Assembly (NCBI RefSeq): GCF_036365525.1
Contig: NC_090417.1
Coordinates: forward strand, 8,325,850-8,389,849
DNA: 64,000 nt
Reading direction: 5' to 3'
Source of the DNA: Heterodontus francisci
Taxonomy: Eukaryota
A model generated the notes under the pieces. The model ran no database searches. It was not told the DNA's origin and saw only the letters and a program-made list of their open reading frames with translations. Positions 1 through 12,779 of the stretch are shown here, in pieces (positions within the stretch are counted from its first letter, which is position 1; each line of letters begins with the position of its first letter). A program made the translations under genes and the position numbers.

Positions 1-421
1 GAAAGACTTGCATTAATATAATTCCTTGCACAACCTCAGGACATCTCAAAGCACTTTACAGCCAATGAAGTACTTCTCAAGTGTAGTCACTATTGTAATG
101 TAGGCAACGTGGCAGCCACTTTGCACACAGCAAGCTCCCACAAACATGCTAATGACTAGATAATCTGTAGTTTAGTGATGTTGACTGAAGGATAAACATT
201 GGCCAGGGCCTGCTCTTGTTCAAAATAGTATTCGGAATCTTTTAGGCCTACCAGACAGTGCAAATAGGTCTTTGGTTTAACATCTCATCAGTAAGACAGC
301 ACCTCCAACAGTGTCGCATTCCCTCACTACTGCACTAGAATGTCAGCCTAGATTTTGTGCTCATGTGTCTAGATCCACAACAATAAGAGGCGAGAGAGTG
401 ATACCAACTGTCATAGCTGAC
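1..421 (-). mobile_element. DeuSINE-type (SacSINE1/AmnSINE-like) SINE
   Basis: Reverse strand carries TGTTTGTGGGAGCTTGCTGTGTGCAAAGTGGCTGCC...GTACTTCATTGGCTGTAAAGTGCTTTG...ATGCAAGTCTTTC; related copies at about 4440-4786, 23995-24400 and 35685-36005. Confidence 0.65.
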
Positions 422-440
422 AGAAAAGAAGAAAATGTTC

Positions 441-1704
441 ACTAACTTGTCTCACTAACTTGATTGAGTTTTTTGAGGAAGTGACAAAGATGATTGATAA
501 AGGAAGGGCAGTGGATGTTGTCTACATGGACTTCAGTAAAGCCTTTGACAAGGTCCCTCATGGCAGACTGGTACAAAAGGTGAAGTCACACGGGATCAGA
601 GGTGAGCTGGCAAGATGGATACAGAACTGGCTCGGTCACAGAAGACAGAGGGTAGCAGTGGAAGGGTGCTTTTCTGAATGGAGGTCTGTGACTAGTGGTG
701 TTCCGCAGGGATCAGTGCTGGGACCTTTGCTGTTTGTAGTATATTTAAATGATTTGGAGGAAAATGTAGCCGGTCTGATTAGTAAGTTTGCGAACAACAC
801 AAAGGTTGGTGGAGTTGCGGATAGTGATGAGGATTGTCAGAGGATACAGGAGGATATAGATCGGTTGGAGACTTGGGCGGAGAAATGACAGATGGAGTTT
901 AATCCGAACAAATGTGAGGTAATGCATTTTGGAAGATCTAATGCAGGTGGGATGTATACAGTAAATGGCAGAACCCTTCGGAGTATTGACAGGCAGAGAG
1001 ATCTGGGCGTACAGGTCCACAGGTCACTGAAAGTGGCAATGCAGGTAGATAAGGCAGTCAAGAAGGCATACGGCATGCTTGCCTTCATCGGTCGGGGCAT
1101 TGAATATAAAAATTGGCAAGTCATGCTGCAGCTGTGCAGAACTTTAGTTAGGCCACACTTAGAATATTGCGTGCAATTCTGGTCGCCACACTACCAGAAG
1201 GACGTGGAGGCTTTGGAGAGGGTACAGAAGAGGTTTACCAGGATGTTGCCTGGTCTGGAGGGCATTAGCTATGAGGAGAGGTTGGATAAACTCGGATTGT
1301 TTTCACTGGAACGACGGAGGTGGAGGGGCGACATGATAGAGGTTTACAAAGTTATGAGCGGCATGGATAGAGTAGATAGTCGGAAGCTTTTTCCCAGGGT
1401 GGAAGAGTCAGTTACTAGGGGACATAGGTTTAAGGTGCGAGGGGCAAAGTTTGGAGGAGATGTGCAAGGCAAGTTCTTTACACAGAGGGTGGAGAGTGCC
1501 TGGAACTTGCTGCCGGGGGAGGTGGTGGAAGCAGGTACGATAGCGACGTTAAAGAAGCATCTTGACAAATACATGAATAGGATGAGAATAGAGGGATACG
1601 GTACCCGGAAGTGCAGAAGGTTTTAGTTTAGGCAGGCATCAAGATCGGCGCAGGCTTGGAGGGCCGAATGGCCTGTTCCTGTGCTGTACTGTTCTTTGTT
1701 CTTT
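441..1704 (+). mobile_element. 5'-truncated young CR1 LINE (RT C-terminal half + 3'UTR)
   Basis: ORFs 460-888 and 892-1626 are one frame split by a TGA; motifs YMDFSKAFDKVPH, GVPQGSVLGP, FANNTK (degenerate FADD), RPHLEYC; tail TGTTCTTTGTTCTTT. Confidence 0.95.
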
Positions 1705-2203
1705 ATATAGGATATGAAGGTGTTGGAGAAGGTGCAGAAAAGATCCATGAGACTGATTCTAGGGATTAGGAATTTGAGTTATGGAGATAAATAGTTGGGA
1801 CTGTTTTCCTTGAAGAGAAGGCTGAGAGGAGATTTGATAAAGGTATTCAAAATTATAAGGGGTCTGGGCAGAGTAGATAGGGAGAAACTGTTCCCACTTG
1901 TGAAAGGATCAAGAACGAGAGGGCACAGATTTAAAGTAATTGTTACAAGAAGCAAAACCTACATGAGGAAAATCTTTTTCTCACAGCTAGTGGTTAAGAT
2001 CTGGAATGCACTGCCTGAGTGTGTGGTGGAGGCAGGTTCAATTTAAGCATTCAAATTGGAATTAGACTATTATACGAAAAGAATGAATGTGCAGGGTTGC
2101 GAGGGGAAGGTGGGGGGAATGGCACGAGGTGAATTGCTCATTCGGAAAGCCAGTGCAGGCATCTTGGGCCAAATGGCCTCCTTTTCGCTGTAACAATTCT
2201 GTG
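1705..2203 (+). mobile_element. Older CR1 3' fragment
   Basis: LFSL.RRLRGDLI.VFKI...TRGH.FK...FFSQ.VV.IWNALP. Confidence 0.85.
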
Positions 2204-2920
2204 ATAAATAGAAAACTTAAGTTATTAAACAATCATACCATCAGCACAACTAAAGTAACTTCAGTTTTACAGTGTTATACTCTGAACATAACTTCAAAAA
2301 GGGAAATCCACTCAGAATCCAGAGAATTAGTGCAGTGTGTTGGCATATTACCGCCATATCCAGTTGATTTTTCGTATTCATTCATGGAACTTGAGTGTCG
2401 CTGGAAAGGCCAGCATTTATTGCCCATTCCCAATTGCCCTTGAGAAGGTGATGGTGAGCCACGTTCTTGAACTGGTGCAGTGCTGTTAGGCAGGGAGATC
2501 CAGGATTCTGACTCAGTGAAAGTGAAGGAATGAACGAAAGATTACAGTTTCCTACATTTTGAGTTCTTTATTACTTGGATTATATGGTAGGTTATTTCTT
2601 CAGGTAGGGATGAAATGTATTTTTTTCTAAATTGGAGAATGAGTCATCATCTCCAAGAGCAACATGGAAAATGCATGGGAGCAGACTGCCAACCTTTAAA
2701 TTGTTGTGGCTCACATCACACAGTATTGCTGAAAAATTAAGGACACCACAAGGAATTGCATGATACACTATTACTTGGAATCAAAACGCACAGCAGGAGG
2801 CCAGTCAGCCCAGCATGCCTGTACTGATCTAACAGTCACAGCATTTTACGGATATCTGAATGGATTTCACATCATGATTGTTTGGTAGACTGAGAGCCAA
2901 GGAATTCAATTTATTTCTAC

Positions 2921-3004
2921 CTGTTTATTATCAAACAAAGAATGGCTGTTCAAACTCATATGCTTCAAGTGCTTAGCGTATCTGCGTAGGTCTCGTTCAA
3001 AGAG
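2921..3004 (-). CDS. POLM: DNA polymerase mu, exon 10 (thumb, NSH motif); final exon lies outside the window
   Basis: ctttag| LFERDLRRYAKHLKHMSLNSHSLFDNKQ |gtagaa; 84 nt. NSH (not DNH) is the Pol mu signature. Confidence 0.93.
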
Positions 3005-3879
3005 CTAAAGAACATCAGAATAAACAAGAAACCAAGTCACTGAAACCAAGTCAAACAGAAGAGTTTTGCTCTAAGTGAATGGATTTCGATCTCTATTTTT
3101 CTGCATTTCTACTGGATGTATTTTACACTCTTCAACCTCCCCCCCACCCCCACCCACCCCCACGCCAACCAAATTTTCCACTTCCTCATTTAAAGCCTTG
3201 GACTCTTGCTGGTATAAGGTTCCAAGGTTGTCAGGTGCCTTCCCATACATCACTCAAATGACCAGTCAATTGTGAGCATCGACTAAGTCGGTCAGCAGGC
3301 TACTCAACTGCAAGGACAAATCAGCAAAGCCCACATATTCATCTCGGCACACTTCTTACAGGAGTTGTGCATATAATGAGGAGTGGAAACCCCTGGCTGT
3401 TTTGCTGATCCCTACTCCAGGGGTGCTGACACCAATTGTAATGTCCTGTTACCTCAGCTATCAAGTAAATCAGGACAAGCCAGGACTTTCCTGGCTCAGC
3501 TATTCAGTCAACCAGTTAAGTCATTGGGGGTGTGTGGGAGAGTTATAATATGGAATTTTAAATGTGTGCAGAAATTTTTATGTATAAAATGCTATGGAAC
3601 TTGCTACCACAAGGAGTAGTTGAGGTGGAAGTAGGCAGGCTTTGCGCTGAGAGGATGTGGGATTGAAAGCTCAATTCAGACTTCAATAGGATGTAGAGAT
3701 TGCGAAATCTGTTTGCGCCTCCAACAGGTGTTTGGGAGGGAATGGAATTTATGTCAAGGGTATCCAGTTTGTGGCGAAGACTGAAGATAATAGCTTCCAT
3801 CTTCTCTCTGTTGAACTGGAAGAAATCCTTAGCTGCCAGGAGTATTCTGCTTAGCTTTTCATTCTGTAACAAGCATTTT

Positions 3880-4430
3880 TTTTGTATTAAAAATTAGGAT
3901 TCCGTGTTTGTAAAAACTGTACCAAGGATTTCAGTTGACATTTAACTTTATGGATGTTTTGAAAGGAAGTTCAATAAAGCTGAACCGGTAAACAAAGACT
4001 GGAATACAGTTAATTCAAGGAAACCAGCAGGGGGTTGACCTCAGAGCTACCCTCTGTGATGACAAGAAAGAATAATGACTGTGCATGTGACTTGTTTATG
4101 GACGGTTTTAGTTTCAGTTTTGAACTTTAAGAAGCCAGTGAGTTTGGACAAACAGCAGGCATTTGAAATATTATTTTGACCTGCCTGGAGATCAGAAGAA
4201 AACCCAGAAAAAGTATTATCTCTCTGTAAAGGAATCCTGCATCTCAAGAAAAAAACCCTGTATTTCAAATGTGGCAGATTCCTATTGCCTCCTGTCTCTG
4301 AAGAACCTCTGCATCAAGCTGTACTGGAGCCTCCTGGGTTTAAGAAATCCTGAATATTGGAAGAAACCTTCTACTGCTATACTGCTATTCTCAGACCTAA
4401 GAGGATCCTTGTTGCTGCACCCCTGATGGA
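3880..4430 (+). mobile_element. Partial LTR-like repeat (same family as 47250-48325)
   Basis: Shares blocks such as GTGGCAGATTCCTATTGCCTC.TGTCTCTGAAGAA and TTGGACAAA.AGCAGGCATTT with 47540-47700. Confidence 0.6.
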
Positions 4431-4786
4431 AGGCCTTAAGTTATTTGAACTTCTTTGTTCCATAGGGGGGGAAAAATCGGCAGCTAACTTGCAGACAGCA
4501 AGGTCCCATAACCAGCAAATGAATGAATCACCAGATAATTTGCTTGCTGATATTTGTGAGGGAAATGTTGGCCAGTATACTTGGACAACCTACTCTTCAA
4601 ACAGTGTCAGAAGATTGTTGTGGTTCAATGAACAGGCAAATGGGACCCTGGTTTCATGTCTTACAAGAAAAGTGACTCATCTGAATGTAGTTATCAAATA
4701 GAGTGTTAACCTAGATTATCCACCTCAATCCATAGTGACTCTTGAACCCAAAATCTTGTGGGTCAGAAGCAAGAGCACTCCCATCT

Positions 4787-7750
4787 TAAATAAAAAGAAG
4801 AAACGCTGGAAATACTCAGCAAGTCTGGCAGCATCTGTGGAGAGAGAAGCAGAGTTAACGTTTCAGTTCAGTGACCCTTCTTCAGAACTGGCAGATAGAA
4901 GAAATGTAAAAGCTTTTAAGCAAGTAAAGCGGGGGTGGGGCAAGAGATAACAAAAGAGGTGTTGATAGGACAAGGTCACCGAATAGCTGACCAAAAGGTC
5001 ATGGAGCAAAGGCAAACCATTTGTTAATGGTGTGCTGAAAGACAAAGCATGAGTACGGATAGGGTGTTAATGGACTGAAAACTGAACAGCCACAAGCACA
5101 AACATGAAAAAAAACAGTGGGTAGGCACAGTAGAAACAAACTGAACAAACTAAAATAATGTCCTGTTACCTCAGCTATCAAATAAATCAGGACAAAAAAG
5201 AATAACGAAAAATCAAAGTAAAATGGAGGGCCCATCATGCTCTGAAATTACTGAACTCAATGTTCAGTCCGGCAGGCTGTAGTGTGCCAAATCGGTAAAT
5301 GAGATGCTGTTCCTCAAGCTTGCGTTCATGTTCACTGGAACACTGCAGCAATCCCAGGACAGAGGTGTGAGCATGAGAGCAGGGGGGGGGTGTGTTGAAA
5401 TGGCCAGTAAACGGAACTCGGGGTCATGCTTTCGGACTGAGCGCAGGTGTTCCGCAAAGCGGTCACCCAGTCATAGTTTGGTCTCCCCAATGTACGCATT
5501 GTGAGCAGTGAATACAGTATACTACATTGAAAGAAGTACAAGTTAATTGCTGTTTCACCTGAAAGGAGTGTTTGGGGCCTTAGATAGTGAGGACAGAGGA
5601 AGTAAATGGGCAGGTATTATACCTCCTGCGATTGTTGGGGAAGGTGCCATGGGAAGGGGACGAGGTGGTGGGGGTAATGGAGGAGTGGACCAGATTGTCA
5701 CAGAGGGAACGATCCCTTCGGAATGCTGACAGGGGAAGGGAGGGAAAGATGCCTTTGGTAGTGGCATCACGCTGGAGGTGGCGGAAATGGCAGAGGATGA
5801 TCCTTTGGATATGGAGGTTGATGGGGTGGAAAGTGAGGACAAGGGGAACCCTGTCAGGGTTCTGGGAGGGAGGGAAAAGGGTGAGGGTAGATGTGTGGAA
5901 AATGGGCCGGACACAGTTGAGGGCCCGGTCAACCACAGTAGGGGGAAATCCTCAGTTGAGGAAAAAGGAAGACATGTCAGAGGTGATATTGTGGAAGGTT
6001 GCATCATCAGAGCAGATGCGTCGGTGATAGAGAAACGAGGAGAATGGAATGGAGTCCTTACAGGAGGCAGGATGTGAAGAAGTGTAGTCGAGGTAGCTGT
6101 GGGAGTCGATGAGCTTATAATGAATATTAGTAGACAGCCTATCCCCAAAGACGGAGAGAGAGAAGTTGAGGAAGGGGAGGGAAGTGTCAGAGATGGACCA
6201 TGTAAAGGTGAGAGAAGGGTGGAAATTAGACGCAAAGTTGATAAAGGTTTCCAGTTCGGAGCGGGAGCAGGAAACGGAACCAATATAGTCATCAATGTAC
6301 CGGAAAAAGAGTTTGGGGGGGGGGGCCTAAGTAGGACTGGAACAAGGAATGTTCGACATATCCCACAAAAAGACAGGCATAACTGGGACCCATGCAGGTA
6401 CCCAAAGCAACACCTTTTACTTGAAGGAAGTGAGTGGGGTTGAAGGAGAAGTTGTTCGATGTGAGAACAGGTTCAGCCAGGCTGAGGAGGGTGGCGGTGG
6501 GTGGGGACTGGCTGGGCCTCTGCTCAAGGAAGAAGCGGAGAGCCCTCAAACCGTCCTGGTGCAGGGTGGAGGTGTAGAGAGATTGGACATCCATAGTGAA
6601 GAGGCGGCAGTTGGGGCAAGGAAACTGGAAATTGTCAAAATGAGTAGGGCGTCAGAAGAGTCATGGATGTAGGTGGGAAGAGACTGAACCAGGGGAGAAA
6701 AGTTAGAGCCAAGATCGGAAGAAATAAGTTTAGTGGGGCAGGAACAGGATGAAACAATGGGTCTGCCGGGACAGTCCTGTTTGTGGATTTTGGGAAGGAG
6801 GTAGAAGCAGGCTGTCCGGGTTGCGGGACTATGTGGTTGGAAGCTGTAGAGGGAAGATCTCCAGAGGAGATGAGGTCAGTGACAGTCCTGTGGACAGTCG
6901 CTTGATGTTCGGTAGTGGGGTCATGGTCCGAGGGAAGTAGGAAGAAGTGTTTGAGAGTTGGCGCTGAGCCTCTACAAGGTAGATGTCGGTATTTTTTGTG
7001 TTTATTTTATTTTGTTCAGTTTGTTTCTACTGTGCCTACCCACTGTGTTTTTTTCATGTTTGTGCTTGTGGCTGTTCAGTTTTCAGTCCATTAACACCCT
7101 GTCGGAATGCTTTGTCATAGAGAGATACAGCACTCAAACAGGCCCTTCAGCCCACCGAGTCTGTGCCGACCATCAACCACCCATTTATACTAATCCGACA
7201 TTAATCCCATATTCCCTACCACATCCCCACCTTCCCTCAATTCTCCTACCACCTACCTACACTAGGGGCAATTTACAATGGCCAGTTTACGTATCAACCT
7301 GCAAGTCTTTGGCTGTGGGAGGAAACGGGAGCACCCGGCGGAAACCCACACGGTCACAGGGAGAACTTGCAAACTCCGCACAGGCAGTACCCAGAACTGA
7401 ACCCGGGTCGCTGGAGCTGCGAGGCTGCGGTGCTAACCACTGCACCACTGGTGTGTCTTTCAGCACACCATTAACATATTGTTTGCCTTTGCTCCATGAC
7501 CTTCTGGTCAGCTATTCTGTGACCTTGTCCTATCAACACCTTCTCTTTTGTTATCTCTTGCCCCACCCCCGCTTTACTTGCTTAAAATCTTTTACATTTC
7601 TTATATCTGCCAGTTCTGAAGAAGGGTCACTGACCTGAAACTTTAACACTGCTTCTCTCTCCGCAGATGCTGCCAGACCTGCTGAGTATTTCCAGCGTTT
7701 CTTGTTTTTATTTCAGATTTCCAGCATCTGCAGTATTTTGCTTTTATTTT
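4787..7750 (-). mobile_element. Penelope-like element (RT + GIY-YIG), 5'-truncated, with inverted pLTRs, inserted in a DeuSINE
   Basis: Minus-strand MDVQSLYT, QVKGVALG..MGPSYA, LFFRYIDD (about 6290-6310) and GIY-YIG-like NVVYCIHC...YIGET (about 5480-5530). 4787-5200 and 6990-7750 are reverse complements. TSD AGCACTCCCATCT 4774-4786 / AGTACTCCCATCT 7751-7763. Confidence 0.9.
7117..7453 (-). mobile_element. tRNA-derived HE1/V-SINE-type element nested in the pLTR
   Basis: Pol III A-box TGGTGCAGTGG and B-box GGTTCAGTTC on the minus strand; near-identical copies at 9271-9618 and 37365-37686; interrupts the inverted pLTR at TGTC. Confidence 0.85.
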
Positions 7751-7990
7751 AGTACTCCCATCTGATCGAAGCTGATAATATTTAAATAGGTTTAATGTTA
7801 AGAATATCCTTCACTACCTGTGCAAACACGATCATACATATAACACCACAGTTTTCACAGGCAGTAAAATTGAAAATGCTGGAAATAAAGAGCATGTCTA
7901 TCAGTATCTAAAAAAAGACCGACTGTTTTGAATCAAAAGCCTTTGTCAACTCGAATAAAGCGGATTGATCCAAAATGTTCACTGGTCTTA

Positions 7991-8428
<438 letters not shown>

Positions 8429-8618
8429 CTAAAATAATTGGAAAGCAAACTTGTAACTTAACGTTTACTTTTCCACAGAGTTTCTCTCTCCTCTTATAAA
8501 GGCTGTCTGCATGAAAAGTGTCTTGCAAGTTGATAAACATTCATTGTGCAAGGATCTTGCTGGTAAAAAGAGAACTAGGTGAAGCAGCAATTAAAGTTAA
8601 CAAATGTTAAAAGACGAG

Positions 8619-9270
8619 GAACATAGGAAATAGGAGCAGGCCATGTGGCCCTTTGAGCCATTCAACTAGATCATGACTGATCTTCTCCCTCAACTCCATT
8701 TTAAAGCGCTATCCCCACATCCCTCAATATCTTTCACATCTAGAAATCTATTGATCTCTGTCTTGAATACATTCAACGGCTGAGCTTCCACAGCCCTCTG
8801 GGCAGAGAATTCCAAAGATACGCTACCCTCTGAGTGAAGAAATGCCTCATCTCATTCCTAATTGATTTAACTCTTATTCCAAGACTGTCCCCCCTGGTTC
8901 TCGACCGCACCCCCCAACCAGATGAAACATCTTTACTGCATAGCCCCAGTTGAGCCCAAGAAGAATTTTGTACGCCTCAATGAGATCACGTCTCATTCTG
9001 GACTCGACAGAATACAGGCCCAGTCTCCTCAATCTCTCCTCATTAAGACAATCCCACCATCCCAGGGATTAGTCTCCTGAACCTTCGTTGCACTCCCTCT
9101 ATGGCAAGTATATCCTTCCTTCGATAAGGAAACCAAAACTGTACACAATATTCCAGGCACAGTCTCACCAAGGTTCTATACAATTGCAGCATGACTGCTT
9201 TGCTGCTCAAATACTCTTGCAATAAAGGCCAACATACCATTTGCCTTCCACATTGCTTGCTGTACCTGCA
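8619..9270 (-). mobile_element. CR1 3' fragment
   Basis: LYRTLVRLCLEYCVQFW...EGVQRRF; CR1 3'UTR tail. Confidence 0.85.
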
Positions 9271-9618
9271 AGTTTAGTTTAGTTTAGAGATACAGCACTG
9301 AAACAGGTCCTTCGGCCCACCGAGTCTGTGCCGACCATCAACCACCCATTTATACTTAATCCTACACTAATCCCATATTCCTACCACATCCCCACCTGTC
9401 CCTATATTTCCCTACCACCTACCTATACTAGGGGCAATTTATGATTGCCAATTAACTTCCCAACCTGCAAGTCTTTTGGCTGTGGGAGGAAACCGGAGCA
9501 CCCAGAGAAAACCCACGCAGACACAGGGAGAACTTGCAAACTCCACACAGGCAGTACCCAGAATTGAACCCGGGTCGCTGGAGCTGTGAGGCTGCGGTGC
9601 TAACCACTGCGCCGCCCC
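9271..9618 (-). mobile_element. HE1/V-SINE-type element
   Basis: GGCGCAGTGGTTAGC...GGGTTCAATTC head; (CTAAA)n tail. Confidence 0.85.
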
Positions 9619-11289
9619 TGTAGTTTTCCCATCTACTTTTTTGTTGTTCTAACAGATCCATTAAAATTGCAAAGATTTTGAAAATCATTGAATTTTTAAT
9701 ATCAAGAGTCATGGACAAAACAATGAAAATGGCCCTGATTTTGCTGCAGGAATACTGGTGAGTCCTTGTGTACAGGTTCAGGGGCAGAATAGCACTGATT
9801 ACAGCATTGCTCAAGCATGCACAATGGATCCAGGATGTTCCTGGGACACCCATCCAACCACAGTTAAAGTTGAAAAGCTGAACAATAAGGCTTGCAGCTT
9901 TCTTGTCAAATTGAAGTGCCACCTGCCTCCTTGGAAGGAATTGGATGCCCAACCACCTTCCTGTCTTAGTTAAAGCCATAAGCAGGTAGGTTGGAGTTGG
10001 TATCAGATCTCTAAAACTTGAAACATCAACCTGACGCAGACCAGCCCTTTTTGTTTGGTTAAAACTCTTCCCTATGCGGCTTAGTGAGGATTCTTCAGTA
10101 TGATGGAAAAAGAGGCTCGCTCTCTCAGCTTGCCCAGGTGCCCTGTTGAGGGTGCCGCGCTGGATCAAACACTGGATGAGAGCAAATCCCCGCTTTAAAG
10201 CCAGTGAAAACTCTGTGGACAGCTATCAGTGAGATGAACAGCAAACACCATTTCTTTACTGCTGACAACAAAGTCTAGGCTATTAAACTAATTAGGAAAC
10301 TGACTAAGCAATGTGTTCTGTGGGTTCCTCTGTATGACTCCATCAAAATCGCTACTAAGACAAAGGCCTATTGCGAGTGTGGTTCTAAGATACACAGTCC
10401 AGATCTCATCATTGGTGGTAGAATGAGATTAGCCACCAATGATAATACAAAGAAAGGTGAGGGTACACACATGGCAGGAGTCAGAAGACCAAAAATGAAA
10501 GAGACAATGTAAAGCTGGAGGATGCTGAGAGATAAGGTATGATGAGGCTGTGGAGGTTATATGAAGCTAAGATTTAATCTTCATGTTTTGGGGTAAGAGG
10601 GAGAAATTGTAGGTCAGCAAGGAGAGTAGTGTGTGAAAGAGCCCATATTGCGACAGCTAACTTTTGAACAGGTTGGCATTTATGGATGGTGCTAGGCCAA
10701 TAAGTGACGCTGGTGATATATAGGATGACACATTTGAAGCTCAGCTCAAGGTCGAACAGGATGCCAAGGTTTCATATACGATGATTCAGCTTCAGCAGGG
10801 GGTTCTGGAAGAGGGAATAAAGACAGTGGGACATCAGAGTTTACGGAAGACACCAAAAATGATGGCCCCTGGCGAGTACTCTAGCAGTCAGTTCTTTTAC
10901 TCAGGTTTGTTGAAGAACTCAGTGGAAGAGAGAAAGAGACAAAACACATCTAACAATCAAGATCTAACTAAACTTCCACCCCTCTAGAATTGAGTCTCGA
11001 TAATGTAAGCACAGCATATGATATGCAGCACAGCTTAGTAGCATGGGCAGGAAAGGGAGAAAAATAGGGATAGTAGCACATGGCAAAGCTTAAAACACTC
11101 TTGATTCATCCAATTTCCCACAAATTGGCTTCCCAAGGTAAAACATGCTACCGTATGGAAGATGACAAATTAACATCACTTACTTCCTGAAAAGTCAGAG
11201 GGACAGTAACCTAAGACAGAACTGTACAATTTCCTGCTAATTTCACCTTGAACCGTATCAGTCTCCAGCTTTTCTCCTATTTCCTCTCA

Positions 11290-11625
11290 TGGCCTCTTGG
11301 AGCCACCTTGTCCAAGAGACCCACTTCCTGTTCTGGTGATCCCCATTCCCATTATGCTGCTGACCATCCAACTTGCCTTTCTGGCCAGCGTTCCAGGTGA
11401 TACAGTAAATGGCTCCGCAGGTTTCTGCCCCTGCTACAGTACAGAAAAGGTTCTAATGAAAGAAACAAATGACATCCTCTGTGACTGTGACCATGGCATA
11501 CTCAGTACACTCCTCATCCTTCTTGACCACTGCAGCTTGCGATACGGTTGACCACACCATCATCTTCCAACACCACTGCTTCATTATCCCTTTGAATGTG
11601 GCTGCCCTTGCTTGCGCTCACTCAT
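11290..11625 (+). mobile_element. Degenerate L2-clade LINE RT fragment
   Basis: GFCPCYSTEKVLMKETNDILCDCD...LLILLD resembles the L2 GFR..HSTETAL.KVTNDIL...LLDLSAAFDTVDH region. Confidence 0.65.
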
Positions 11626-11814
11626 AAAATCAAAAAAAGGTACTAGAGATATTAAATGCTTCAGAACTATTAGCAGCAAGTTTTGTACCTTACTCCCCAT
11701 AAACATGTCTAACATATATCACATCAGTTTTGAGCTACTTCCAAGTTGAAGAGAATTAAGAGTCGAAAGAATGTCTTGGACAGTGCCAGATTTAATGAAA
11801 TGTACTATGCATAC

Positions 11815-11917
11815 CTGGGCGACCATCCAACTAATCACTTGGTGAATAAGACCCTCTTCCTTGCCTTCCTCTGGGTGACTTATGAGAAAGTCAACATCGT
11901 GGCCAGACTCCTTCTCT
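11815..11917 (-). CDS. POLM: DNA polymerase mu, exon 8 (catalytic DxD)
   Basis: ccttcag| EKESGHDVDFLISHPEEGKEEGLIHQVISWMVAQ |gtatgc; 103 nt; GHDVD catalytic motif; HP.EG.E.GL is Pol mu-type. Confidence 0.94.
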
Positions 11918-12570
11918 CTGAAGGACAGAATGTTCTATGAGTGAACACAAACCACTTGAAAACAAATACTACAAATGAAATGGGAAAACCTCTTCCAAGG
12001 AGGTACTGGAGGAATACAGTATCACAGTGAAAAAATTAAGTGAAATGTGGTGGTGTTTTCAAATGCATTTCTTTAGGATTGGGTTAATGCAGCAGAGTGC
12101 TTGGTTCCCACCTCAAAGTCTGTCGTTGACGAGCTGGTGACGAAAAGCACTTCTCATGATGATGCCAAATGATCTAATTTTCCAATTCTCATTTTCTGCA
12201 ATGCTCAACTTTACTTGAGTTACAATTCTGTCAACCCAAATGAATCAGATATCTCTGAAACAATGCAAGGAAGTATGTTGTATATTTTATGACTTTCCCC
12301 AGTTCTCAACTCGTCTGTCAATCCTTCTTCACACCATAGTCCTCATAGTACCAGATGATCATGGTGCAGCAGCATCCTGTCTGCATTTCTGGAACTGCAG
12401 TAGGAGATACTGCTGAACCAATGTGCTGGGAAAATGTTGCACTGCTGCAGTATTTAATCCACAGAAAACTACAATTAATTGAAACAAGACATCTCCTGTA
12501 TGGCTTACTAAGTATGTACTGCCCAATGTGGTTTTAAGCCATAACAATCTGAAAGAAAATTCTAAAGAAA

Positions 12571-12700
12571 TTCTGATAAATGGGCACAGACCTCAAACGG
12601 TAACTCTATTTCTCTATCCATAGATGCTGCCAGAGTTGCTTAGCATTTCCAGCATTTTCTGTTTTATTTCAGATTTCCAGCATATGCAGAACTATGCTTT
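12571..12700 (+). mobile_element. Short Penelope pLTR-derived element (degenerate)
   Basis: Aligns to 7615-7745 (AGATGCTGCCAGA...TTCCAGCATTTTCTGTTTTATTTCAGATTTCCAGCA). Confidence 0.75.
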
Positions 12701-12779
12701 TCAGAAAATGCTCTTTGGTAGCACAAAGCTCTGCTCGACAGATTGCCTAACTCAGGAATTTGGCAAATGTCGGAATTCA

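Noticed and set aside
7400-7453. tRNA-like A/B boxes (also about 9560-9618, 37620-37686, 53995-54040, 60424-60485)
   Set aside because: SINE heads; no complete cloverleaf or terminator, so not called tRNA genes.
6958-7638. 226-aa plus-strand ORF
   Set aside because: Chance open frame across pLTR and antisense SINE sequence.
9452-10168. 238-aa minus-strand ORF
   Set aside because: No recognisable domain; its C-terminus is a read-through of the HE1-type SINE; lies in POLM intron 8.
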